In this document: positions 16,437 to 25,402 of the stretch, in pieces | Layout: each line of letters begins with the position of its first letter | How positions within the stretch are numbered: the first letter of the stretch is position 1 | Source: a virus | Lineage: Duplodnaviria; Heunggongvirae; Uroviricota; Caudoviricetes | Length of the DNA: 40,408 bases | Strand: one strand, 5' to 3' | Virus record (IMG/VR): IMGVR_UViG_2529292759_000002 | Span: 1 to 40,408 of that record | Notes under the pieces: model-generated | Seen by the model: the letters and a program-made list of their open reading frames with translations, nothing else | Databases searched by the model: none | Told to the model about the DNA's origin: nothing | Program-made: the position numbers and the translations under genes

Positions 16437-18116
16437 ATGGCGGAAACAACTAAAGAGCGATTGAACAAACAGTTCGCACAACTTGAAAGCGAGCGTCAGT
16501 CGTTCGAGTCGCACTGGCGCGAGTTGAGTGATTACATCAACCCGCGTGGTTCCCGCTTTCTGACTTCTGAGGTTAACCGTAACGATCGACGCAATACACG
16601 CATTATTGATTCGACCGGGACTATGGCGGCGCGCACTCTTGCCAGCGGCATGATGTCAGGCATAACAAGCCCCGCCCGTCCGTGGTTTCGCCTGGCTACG
16701 CCAGATCCTGAAATGATGGACTATGGCCCTGTTAAGTTGTGGCTTGAGGCAGTTCAGAACCGCATGAACGATATGTTCAATAAGTCGAATCTCTACCAGT
16801 CCCTTCCGCAGTTATACGGAAGCCTCGGCACATACAGCACTGGTGCAATGGCGGTGCTGGAGGATGACGAGGACATCATTCGCACAATGCCATTCCCGAT
16901 AGGCAGTTACTACCTGGCTAACTCACCTCGTGGCAGTGTGGACACCTGTTTCCGCAAGTTCTCTATGACTGTTCGTCAGCTTGTTCAGGAGTTCGGGCTA
17001 AATAACGTCAGCGAATCCGTAAAAAGCATGTGGGAAAGCGGCACCTACGAGAAGTGGATTGAAGTGATGCATTCGGTTTACCCGAACATTGACCGCGATA
17101 CATCGAAGCTGGATAGCAAGAACAAGCCATTCAAATCGGTTTATTACGAGGTTGGTGGCGATAACGACAAGTTGTTGCGTGAGTCCGGATTCGATGAGTT
17201 TCCAATTATGGCTCCGCGCTGGGAAGTTAACGGCGAAGATGTTTATGGATCATCATGCCCGGGTATGCTGGCGCTTGGATCTGTTAAGGCATTGCAGCTT
17301 CTTCAGAAGCGCAAGTCGCAGTTGATTGATAAAGCCACCAATCCGCCGATGGTTGCTCCGACTTCCCTCAAGAATCAGCGCGCCTCCCTTCTTCCTGGCG
17401 ACATCACGTATATCGATCAGATTACTGGTCAGGATGGCTTCAGGCCTGCTTATCTGGTTAACCCCAGTACAGCAGATTTGGTGGCAGACATTCAGGACAC
17501 TCGTCAAATCATTAACAGCGCCTACTTTGTCGATCTGTTCATGATGTTGCAGAACATCAATACCCGCTCGATGCCTGTTGAAGCGGTGATCGAAATGAAA
17601 GAAGAAAAACTTCTGATGTTGGGGCCGGTTCTGGAGCGTCTGAACGACGAATGTCTTAATCCTCTCATTGACCGCGCTTTCTCGATGATGGTGCGTAAAA
17701 ACATGCTGCCGCCACCGCCTGACGCGATGGAAGGCATGCCCCTGAAGGTCGAATACATTTCCGTCATGGCTCAGGCGCAGAAGTCTATCGGCCTGTCCAG
17801 TCTGGCGTCCACGGTTAACTTCATTGGTCAACTTGCGCAAGCGAAACCAGAAGCTCTCGACAAACTCAACGTTGATCAGGCGATCGATGCATTCGCTGAT
17901 ATGTCCGGAGTGTCTCCAACCGTCATTGTTCCGCAGGAACAGGTTGAGCAGGCTCGCCAGCAACGGGCACAGCAACAACAGCAGCAACAAATGATGGCGA
18001 TGGGGATGGCGGCGGCACAGGGTGCCAAGACGCTAAGCGAAGCTAAAACTTCGGATCCGAGTGTTTTGTCAGCTATGGCGAATGCAGTTAGTGGTCAGGG
18101 TGGGCAATCACAATGA
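16437..18116 (+). CDS. Portal protein
   Basis: 559 aa; follows the terminase block and precedes scaffold and capsid; size and order typical of podovirus portals. Confidence 0.8.
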   Translation: MAETTKERLNKQFAQLESERQSFESHWRELSDYINPRGSRFLTSEVNRNDRRNTRIIDSTGTMAARTLASGMMSGITSPARPWFRLATPDPEMMDYGPVKLWLEAVQNRMNDMFNKSNLYQSLPQLYGSLGTYSTGAMAVLEDDEDIIRTMPFPIGSYYLANSPRGSVDTCFRKFSMTVRQLVQEFGLNNVSESVKSMWESGTYEKWIEVMHSVYPNIDRDTSKLDSKNKPFKSVYYEVGGDNDKLLRESGFDEFPIMAPRWEVNGEDVYGSSCPGMLALGSVKALQLLQKRKSQLIDKATNPPMVAPTSLKNQRASLLPGDITYIDQITGQDGFRPAYLVNPSTADLVADIQDTRQIINSAYFVDLFMMLQNINTRSMPVEAVIEMKEEKLLMLGPVLERLNDECLNPLIDRAFSMMVRKNMLPPPPDAMEGMPLKVEYISVMAQAQKSIGLSSLASTVNFIGQLAQAKPEALDKLNVDQAIDAFADMSGVSPTVIVPQEQVEQARQQRAQQQQQQQMMAMGMAAAQGAKTLSEAKTSDPSVLSAMANAVSGQGGQSQ

Positions 18117-18409
18117 CAGATTACGAAGACGATCAACTGAAAGAAGAAAACGCCCGTAAGCAACGTGACATGGCACAGCGTGAAATTGATGACATTCGCT
18201 TTGTCATGAGCAGTGAACAGGGGCGTCGCGTTGTCTGGTCGGTGCTGGAGAAAGGCCGTGTGTTTTCCGCTATCTCACCGATGGACGCTATGGCAATGGC
18301 ATTTAATGAGGGGCAACGCAATCTGGCGCTGGAACTGTTTCAGCGCGTTATGGCGCATTGCCCTGAACAGTATTTGAAGATGGCCAAAGAGGCCAGTGAA
18401 CAGGAGTGA
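18113..18409 (+). CDS. Hypothetical head-module protein
   Basis: 98 aa; overlaps both neighbours. Confidence 0.45.
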   Translation: MTDYEDDQLKEENARKQRDMAQREIDDIRFVMSSEQGRRVVWSVLEKGRVFSAISPMDAMAMAFNEGQRNLALELFQRVMAHCPEQYLKMAKEASEQE

Positions 18410-19107
18410 TCATGAATTTATTTGAGCGTTTGCTGTATCGCCGTCTTTGCAATGAGCAACCAGTCGATGGTGGAGCAGCTCCTGCTGCGTCAGAACCGTC
18501 AGCGCCTGCAGGTGATAACCCTGCTCCAGTTGGTGATCCATCACAACAGGAAGGTGATAAGCCACAACCTGTTGCTGATGGCGATAAACCTGCTGATGAC
18601 AAAAAGCCTGAAAACGATAAGCAGGATGAAAAAAAGGGCGGCGATAAACCAGAGGGTGCGCCTGAGAAGTACGAGTTTCAGGCTGCCGAAGGCGTAGAGC
18701 TGGATACAGAAGCGTTGAAGGAATTCGAGCCGGTGGCGCGAGAACTAAACCTGACCAACGAGCAAGCGCAAAAGCTGGTTGATGCTTATCCGAAGATTCT
18801 GGCAGGTGTGCAGCAGCGCCAGGCAGAAGCCTGGCAGAAAACAACCGAGCAGTGGGCTGCTGATGTAAAAGCTGACAAAGAAATCGGTGGCGACAAGTTG
18901 ATTTCTAACCTTAGCGCCGCACAGCGTGCGCTTGACCAGTTCGGGACACCTGAACTCAAAGAATATCTGAACACCACCGGGCTGGGTAATCACCCTGATC
19001 TGGTCAAAACGTTCGTGAAAATCGGAAAGGCGATGTCTGAAGATGGCATGGTCACCGGTGGTAATGAAGGCCAGCGTAGTGCGGCCGAAGTGCTCTATGG
19101 CAAATAA
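18406..19107 (+). CDS. Scaffolding protein candidate
   Basis: 233 aa; Pro/Ala/Asp/Lys-rich low-complexity N-terminal half and helical C-terminus; between portal and major capsid. Confidence 0.5.
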   Translation: MIMNLFERLLYRRLCNEQPVDGGAAPAASEPSAPAGDNPAPVGDPSQQEGDKPQPVADGDKPADDKKPENDKQDEKKGGDKPEGAPEKYEFQAAEGVELDTEALKEFEPVARELNLTNEQAQKLVDAYPKILAGVQQRQAEAWQKTTEQWAADVKADKEIGGDKLISNLSAAQRALDQFGTPELKEYLNTTGLGNHPDLVKTFVKIGKAMSEDGMVTGGNEGQRSAAEVLYGK

Positions 19108-19115
19108 GAGAGGAA

Positions 19116-20108
19116 ATGACAATGGCTGTTAAAGGCTTAACTGCGCTGACGCTGGCTGACTGGGGTAAGCGCGTCGATCCAAACGGGAAAGTCGATAAGA
19201 TTATCGAGCTTCTCGGTCAAACTAACCCGATCCTTCAGGATATGCCTTTTGTCGAAGGGAACCTTCCTACCGGACACCGAACCACCATTCGTTCTGGTTT
19301 ACCTTCAGCTACCTGGCGTTTGCTGAACTATGGCGTACAGCCAAGCAAATCAACCACAGTACAGGTAACCGATTCCGTTGGCATGCTGGAAACCTATGCG
19401 GAAGTCGATAAGTCACTGGCTGATCTGAACGGCAATACCGCCGAATTCCGCCTGTCTGAAGACCGCGCATTTATTGAAGCGATGAATCAGCAGATGGCGC
19501 AGACGCTGTTTTATGGTGATTCCAGCGTTAACCCTCAGCAGTTTATGGGACTGTCCTCCCGCTATTCCAGCCTGTCTGCGGGTAATGCTCAGAACATCAT
19601 TGATGCTGGTGGCACGGGTACAGATAACACCTCAATCTGGTTAGTGGTGTGGGGCGAAAACACCGTGCATGGCATCTTCCCGAAAGGGCAGAAGGCTGGC
19701 ATCCAGATGGAAGATAAAGGCCAGGTGACACTGGAAGATGCTAATGGCGGCAAGTACGAAGGCTATCGCACCCATTACAAATGGGATAACGGACTTGCTC
19801 TGCGTGACTGGCGTTATGTTGTTCGCATTGCAAACATCGATGTCAGCAATCTTTCAGAACCATCCTCTGCCGCAAATATTGCGAAGTTGATGGTTAAAGC
19901 ACTGCATCGCATTCCAAACCGTGGCATGGGCCGCCCGGTGTTCTACATGAACCGCACTGTAGGCCAGGCTCTTGATCTGCAGTCTCTGGAGAAAACATCT
20001 CTGGCTATCAGCGTAAAAGAGACAGAAGGCGAGTGGTGGACTTCATTCCGTGGTGTACCAATCCGTGAAACTGATGCGCTTCTGGAAACAGAAGCCCGCG
20101 TGGTGTAA
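19116..20108 (+). CDS. Major capsid protein
   Basis: 330 aa; position after the scaffold; followed by a stem-loop (20125-20144). Confidence 0.75.
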   Translation: MTMAVKGLTALTLADWGKRVDPNGKVDKIIELLGQTNPILQDMPFVEGNLPTGHRTTIRSGLPSATWRLLNYGVQPSKSTTVQVTDSVGMLETYAEVDKSLADLNGNTAEFRLSEDRAFIEAMNQQMAQTLFYGDSSVNPQQFMGLSSRYSSLSAGNAQNIIDAGGTGTDNTSIWLVVWGENTVHGIFPKGQKAGIQMEDKGQVTLEDANGGKYEGYRTHYKWDNGLALRDWRYVVRIANIDVSNLSEPSSAANIAKLMVKALHRIPNRGMGRPVFYMNRTVGQALDLQSLEKTSLAISVKETEGEWWTSFRGVPIRETDALLETEARVV

Positions 20109-20159
20109 CGCCTGTTATTAACCTGTGGGTCGTAACAGACCCACTAATGGAGAAAGAAG

Positions 20160-20597
20160 ATGATCACCGACAAACTGTTGATGTTCTCCGAAGCACAGGC
20201 GGTAACTGATACCGCGGCTTCTACTGACGTAATCGATCTCGGTCCAATTGATGGAAACCATCGCGATATCGGCGTGGGTTACCCGCTTGAGTTTTGGGTG
20301 CTGGTTAACGCAGCCGCCGCAGCAAGCGGTGATGCAACTGTAAACATCCAGTTGCAGACGAGTGAGAATAACAGCTCATGGACCACTATTTATGATAGTG
20401 GCGCACTGGCAAAGACCGCCCTGACAGCAGGTAAACGAGTTGTTTCTGCAAAGGTGCCTGCCGGTGTTCAGCGATATCTGCGTGTTAACTACTCCGTCGC
20501 AACTGGCCCACTTACGGCTGGCGAATTCACTGCTGGTATCAGTCTTGATGTTGATGCCAATACGCCGTATCCGATCCGCTCAAAAGTAACTGGTTAA
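20160..20597 (+). CDS. Hypothetical virion protein (possible decoration or head-completion protein)
   Basis: 145 aa; directly downstream of the capsid gene. Confidence 0.45.
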   Translation: MITDKLLMFSEAQAVTDTAASTDVIDLGPIDGNHRDIGVGYPLEFWVLVNAAAAASGDATVNIQLQTSENNSSWTTIYDSGALAKTALTAGKRVVSAKVPAGVQRYLRVNYSVATGPLTAGEFTAGISLDVDANTPYPIRSKVTG

Positions 20598-20598
20598 G

Positions 20599-20943
20599 GT
20601 GATATCGATGTCAGGTGAGAAACCAAGATACCGCGTTCTGCTCCTCTCTCATATCCATAACACTCTGTGGCCGGAGGGGGCAGAAATCGAATACGAAGGT
20701 GAGCCTGGTAGCGCACTGGAACCTGTTAACGATGCAGCCAGACAGGCAAAAGCAAAAGTTGCAGGAAAGGTGTCAATGGCAGCAATCAGCACCAAAATCA
20801 TCAACGATGTGTCAGATGATGGTGAACTGGATAAGCTCCGTGAAGAGTACGAATTGCTCTTTAACGAGAAGCCACACCATAACGCTAAAGCCGAAACGCT
20901 CCGCGAGAAGATCGCAGATAAGCGTAAAGAACTAGGCGTGTAA
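20599..20943 (+). CDS. Hypothetical virion-module protein
   Basis: 114 aa; coupled to the upstream gene; followed by a terminator. Confidence 0.45.
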   Translation: MISMSGEKPRYRVLLLSHIHNTLWPEGAEIEYEGEPGSALEPVNDAARQAKAKVAGKVSMAAISTKIINDVSDDGELDKLREEYELLFNEKPHHNAKAETLREKIADKRKELGV

Positions 20944-20959
20944 GCCTCGCGAATCCGAC

Positions 20960-20982
20960 AAGGGGCTTCGGCCCCTTTATTG
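20960..20982 (+). terminator. Intrinsic terminator between the head and tail gene blocks
   Basis: GGGGC-TTCG-GCCCC hairpin followed by TTTATT. Confidence 0.6.
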
Positions 20983-20987
20983 CAGGA

Positions 20988-21317
20988 GTGTATATGGAAC
21001 TCGTAAACCTCAAAACCGGCACTGACAGCTACCAGGATGAGAGCGGAGAAACCAGAACTCGCGATGAATACCCGTGGGGGCTGTGCATCACTCTTAATAA
21101 CGACACATTGAATAAGCTGAAGGCGCAACCTCAGGGCGTCGGAACAGAAGTGATGATAACTGCAAAAGCTGTTATTCGAGGCCTGTCTGCCAGAGAAACT
21201 GACGATGGTGTTAATCGCAGCGCCGATCTGCAGATCACTGATATGGCGATCGCTCCTGTTTCCGGGGATGTAGAAAAATCAGCGGCTGAAACCCTGTACG
21301 GCAATGGGGGTGAGTAA
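20988..21317 (+). CDS. Hypothetical structural protein (probable true start at ATG 20994)
   Basis: About 107 aa; GGAG Shine-Dalgarno 7 nt upstream of ATG 20994. Confidence 0.5.
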   Translation: MYMELVNLKTGTDSYQDESGETRTRDEYPWGLCITLNNDTLNKLKAQPQGVGTEVMITAKAVIRGLSARETDDGVNRSADLQITDMAIAPVSGDVEKSAAETLYGNGGE

Positions 21318-21922
21318 TGGCCTCTGTAGTAGAGATCTGCAATCGTGCGCTGTCCAATATTGGCAATAGCCGCAGCATTAACAGCCTGACGGAAGCCAGC
21401 AAGGAAGCGGGGGAATGTTCGCTGCACTTTGAGGCCTGCCGTGATGCTGTGCTTTCTGATTTTGACTGGAACTTTGCTACCAAACGCGTGGCGCTTGCAG
21501 ATACGAGCAATCCACCGCCTGACTGGGAATATGCGTACCAGTACCCGTCAGATTGTCTGCGCATTACTGAAATTATGCTTCCTGGTGTACGCAATCCAAC
21601 AGCAGCAATGCGCGTTCAGTACGAAGTTGGTGCAGACACCAACGGAACAGGAAAGTTGATCTACACAGACCAGCCTCAGGCATGGCTCAAGTATGTCTCT
21701 CGCGTTACAGATGTGAACATGTTTGATGCCATTTTTATGGAGGCGTTGGCCTGGCGTCTTGCGGCAGCTATTAACATGGCGCTGACTGGGAATGCAGACC
21801 TCGGTACGTTTGCCCTCAATATGTACAATCGCGTGATTCTTAGTGCTGGCTCGCATAGCCAGAATGAATCACAGGAACCACAGCCACCGGTTGACGAGTT
21901 TACCATTGCGAGGTTGTCCTGA
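21317..21922 (+). CDS. Tail adaptor / tubular protein A-like (gp11-like) candidate
   Basis: 201 aa; immediately precedes an 823-aa protein, matching the size and order of the T7-type gp11/gp12 pair (inference by synteny). Confidence 0.45.
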   Translation: MASVVEICNRALSNIGNSRSINSLTEASKEAGECSLHFEACRDAVLSDFDWNFATKRVALADTSNPPPDWEYAYQYPSDCLRITEIMLPGVRNPTAAMRVQYEVGADTNGTGKLIYTDQPQAWLKYVSRVTDVNMFDAIFMEALAWRLAAAINMALTGNADLGTFALNMYNRVILSAGSHSQNESQEPQPPVDEFTIARLS

Positions 21923-24393
21923 TGGCTATCAGTTGGATCCAGCCCAGCTTTGCTGGTGGTGAGATTGGACCGTCGTTGTACGGACGTATCGACATGGCGA
22001 AGTACCAGGTGGCATTGCGCAAGTGCGATAACTTTATCGTGCGGCAGTATGGCGGCGTTGAGAATCGACCTGGTACGCGTTTTGTCGGTGCCGCCAAATA
22101 TCCAAATCGGAAATGCCGCCTGATCCCGTTCCAGTTCTCGACGGTTCAGACTTATGCTCTGGAGTTCGGACACCAGTACATGCGCGTTATCAAAGATGGT
22201 GCGTTGGTGCTGAACAGCAGCAATGTTATTTATGAAATTTCCACGCCATATACTGAAGCCGATCTGTTCCGAATTAAATTCACGCAAAGCGCAGACGTGC
22301 TTACGCTGGTTCATCCGGCATACCCGCCGAAAGAGTTGCGCCGCTATGCGCATGACAACTGGCAACTGGTTGATGTGGTAACGAAGAACGGGCCATTTGA
22401 AGATATCAATATTGACGAGTCAGTGACGGTTTATGCCAGCGCCAGCACCGGGACAATTACGCTAACGGCAAGCGCCTCTATTTTTGGCGCGGAGCAGGTA
22501 GGCAAATTGTTCTATCTGGAACAGCCTGCAGTGGATTCTGTGCCGGTATGGGAAACCAGTAAGAGTACGTCGATTGGCGATATTCGCCGAGCAGACAGTA
22601 ACTACTATCGCGCCGTTAAAGCAGGCAAAACAGGTACTTTGCGCCCTTCGCATACAGAAGGCACATCATGGGATGGCTGGGGCGGATCCGGTGATGATGA
22701 TACTGGCATTGAGTGGGAATATCTGCACAGTGGTTTTGGCATTGCCCGTATCACTGCTGCAAATGGAACTACTGCAACTGCCGAGGTGATTTCCTATATC
22801 CCTTCGCAGGTAGTTGGCGAGGATAATGCCAGCTATAAATGGGCTAAATATGCCTGGAACAGTGTTAATGGTTATCCTGGCACTGTTGTTTATTATCAAC
22901 AACGTCTTTACTTCGCCGCATCGACTGCGTTTCCTCAGACTATCTGGGCCAGCCGTACCGGGGATTATAAGGATTTTGGCAAAAGCAATCCTACGCAGGA
23001 TGACGACAGAATTATCTACACCTATGCCGGGCGTCAGGTTAATGAGATCCGTCACCTGATTGATGTTGGTTCGCTGGTGGCGCTGACTTCCGGAGGTGAG
23101 TACGTCATCACTGGCGACCAGAACAAAGTGCTTACCCCATCATCATTTGCATTCAGCTCTCAGGGATCAAATGGCTCGAGCAATGTCCCACCAATTGCCG
23201 TGGCGAATATTGCTCTGTTCGTCCAGGAGAAAGGCAGTGTTGTCCGTGATCTGGCCTACTCATTCGATGTTGACGGCTATCAGGGGAACGACCTGACCAT
23301 CCTTGCCAATCATCTTTTTCAGAAGCACAGTATTGTTGACTGGTGCTTCTCTATTGTCCCTTACTCCAGCGCCTTCTGCATTCGTGATGACGGTAAATTA
23401 CTGGTGATGACCTATTTGCGTGATCAACAGGTTTTTGCATGGGCACCACAATCCAGTACCGGAAAATATGAAAGCACATGCAGTATCAGCGAAGGCAATG
23501 AAGATGCGGTGTATTTCGTCGTTAACCGAACCGTTAACGGGCAAACAGTGAGATACATCGAGCGACTGTCCAGCCGTTTATTTACCAGCGATGAAGATGC
23601 TTTCTTTGTTGATTCTGGCCTTAGCTATGATGGAAGAAATACGTCTGACAGAACGATGATCATCACTGGTGGTTCTGGCGAATGGGATTACCGCGAGGAA
23701 TATACAATCAGTGTTTCTGGTGGTGCGTACTTCACCAGTAGTGATGTCGGTGCGCAACTACAGTTCCCTTATACCGGAACTGATCCTGATACTGGCGATG
23801 AAGTGTCAAAAGAATTACGTTGCGACATTATTTCTGTAACCAGCAATACCGCAGTAGTGGTTCGTGCTAACAGGAACGTCCCGCCATCCCTCAGGAATGT
23901 GGCCACCACGAACTGGCAGATGGCGCGCCGGACATTTGGAGGCCTGTCTCATCTTGAAGGCCAGACCGTAAACATTCTCTCTGATGCGAACGTGGAACCA
24001 CAGAAAGTGGTTTCCGGAGGTGCCGTCACGCTGGAATCACCGGGGGCTGTAGTGCACATCGGCCTGCCAATAACTGCTGAATTCGAAACACTGGATATCA
24101 ACATTAACGGACAGGAAACGCTGCTGGACAAAAAACAGGTGATCCCGTCCGTTACTCTGGTTGTGAATGCCAGTCGCGGCATCTGGGCGACTACGCCCGG
24201 CGGTAAATGGTACGAATATCCACAGCGTGAATTCGAGTTCTACGATGATCCTGTTGATGATGCTACCGGAAAAGTAGAAGTGAAACTGGACAGTAACTGG
24301 GGCAAAAACGGACGTGTAAAAATCCGTCAGCTTGATCCGTTGCCGCTGTCTGTTCTTGCCGTTATTCCTCGCCTTACTGTTGGGGGATTCTGA
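21922..24393 (+). CDS. Tail tube / nozzle protein B-like (gp12-like) candidate
   Basis: 823 aa; synteny with the T7-type tail module. Confidence 0.5.
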   Translation: MAISWIQPSFAGGEIGPSLYGRIDMAKYQVALRKCDNFIVRQYGGVENRPGTRFVGAAKYPNRKCRLIPFQFSTVQTYALEFGHQYMRVIKDGALVLNSSNVIYEISTPYTEADLFRIKFTQSADVLTLVHPAYPPKELRRYAHDNWQLVDVVTKNGPFEDINIDESVTVYASASTGTITLTASASIFGAEQVGKLFYLEQPAVDSVPVWETSKSTSIGDIRRADSNYYRAVKAGKTGTLRPSHTEGTSWDGWGGSGDDDTGIEWEYLHSGFGIARITAANGTTATAEVISYIPSQVVGEDNASYKWAKYAWNSVNGYPGTVVYYQQRLYFAASTAFPQTIWASRTGDYKDFGKSNPTQDDDRIIYTYAGRQVNEIRHLIDVGSLVALTSGGEYVITGDQNKVLTPSSFAFSSQGSNGSSNVPPIAVANIALFVQEKGSVVRDLAYSFDVDGYQGNDLTILANHLFQKHSIVDWCFSIVPYSSAFCIRDDGKLLVMTYLRDQQVFAWAPQSSTGKYESTCSISEGNEDAVYFVVNRTVNGQTVRYIERLSSRLFTSDEDAFFVDSGLSYDGRNTSDRTMIITGGSGEWDYREEYTISVSGGAYFTSSDVGAQLQFPYTGTDPDTGDEVSKELRCDIISVTSNTAVVVRANRNVPPSLRNVATTNWQMARRTFGGLSHLEGQTVNILSDANVEPQKVVSGGAVTLESPGAVVHIGLPITAEFETLDININGQETLLDKKQVIPSVTLVVNASRGIWATTPGGKWYEYPQREFEFYDDPVDDATGKVEVKLDSNWGKNGRVKIRQLDPLPLSVLAVIPRLTVGGF

Positions 24394-24857
24394 TGATCGA
24401 TGTTCAAGTTATTCCCGCTACCGAAGAGCATCTTCAGATGATTTTGCCGGATGTTCGTCAGGCTGATATTGACGAATTGTATGCGGTATCACTGATGACT
24501 ACCGAAGATGCACTGCGTGTTGGTCTGCGCACTGCGACTATGGCCTGGTCAGGATTTGCGAACGGAGAACTGGTAACCATGTTTGGCGTATCTCCGGCGT
24601 CAATGATCGGTGGCAATGGTACGCCCTGGCTGGTCGGAACCAGCCGTATTGAAAAATATCAGAAGACATTTCTGCGCCACTGCCGCCCTGTATTGCAGCA
24701 GATGCTGGCAGTTTATCCGCGCCTGGAAAACTATGTCGACGAGCGAAACCATGTTGCCAAAGCATGGCTGCACTGGCTTGGATTCAGGCTTGAAGAGGCC
24801 GCGCCTTATGGTGCTCTTGGTCTTAATTTCCACAGATTTCACATGGAGAGAAAATAA
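24393..24857 (+). CDS. Internal virion protein candidate (gp13-position)
   Basis: 154 aa; 1-nt overlap coupling; position between tail tube and ejection proteins. Confidence 0.4.
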   Translation: MIDVQVIPATEEHLQMILPDVRQADIDELYAVSLMTTEDALRVGLRTATMAWSGFANGELVTMFGVSPASMIGGNGTPWLVGTSRIEKYQKTFLRHCRPVLQQMLAVYPRLENYVDERNHVAKAWLHWLGFRLEEAAPYGALGLNFHRFHMERK

Positions 24858-25402
24858 TGTGCGATCCGGTTATTGCTGGTGGCGCAATGCTCGCCATGAG
24901 TGGCATTCAGGCATACACCCAGTACCAACAGGGAAAGTATGTCTCGAAGGTTGCAGAAGCGAACGCAGATATAGCCACAGCTCAGGCAAATGATGCAATA
25001 AACAGAGGTAACGCTGAAGCTGAGCAACGGCGCAGAGAGACCCGACAGCGGCTTGGTACACAGGCGGCGACAATGGGGGCGACCGGCGCCGATTTATCTA
25101 CCGGTAACGCGCTGGATATATTTGGCGACACTGCCCAGTTTGGCGCTCTTGATTCGCTGACGACGGTGAATAACGCGCAACGCGAGGCTTACGGTTATCA
25201 GGTTCAGGCTGCCAACTATAAAGCAGAAGCCAGTTCAGCCCGTAAACAGGGGAATGTGGGAGCAGCAACAACATTGCTCACTGCGCCTCTGAAGGCATAC
25301 GGTGCGTACCAGATGTTTGGTGGGACGTGGAGTCCGTTTACTCAAAGCACCCCTGCGCCAATCGGGGCAGCAGCAGGAACCAGATTACCCGGAGGATTAT
25401 AA
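24857..25402 (+). CDS. Internal virion / ejection protein candidate (gp14-position)
   Basis: 181 aa; Ala/Gln-rich helical. Confidence 0.4.
   Translation: MCDPVIAGGAMLAMSGIQAYTQYQQGKYVSKVAEANADIATAQANDAINRGNAEAEQRRRETRQRLGTQAATMGATGADLSTGNALDIFGDTAQFGALDSLTTVNNAQREAYGYQVQAANYKAEASSARKQGNVGAATTLLTAPLKAYGAYQMFGGTWSPFTQSTPAPIGAAAGTRLPGGL

Noticed and set aside
17253-17990. Long antisense ORF (245 aa) inside the portal gene, and similar antisense frames inside other large genes (for example 9177-9770, 13400-13906, 20649-21128, 21676-22365, 25456-26076, 29412-29927, 39139-39795)
   Set aside because: They lie entirely within well-supported genes on the opposite strand and have no independent start signals; typical shadow ORFs.
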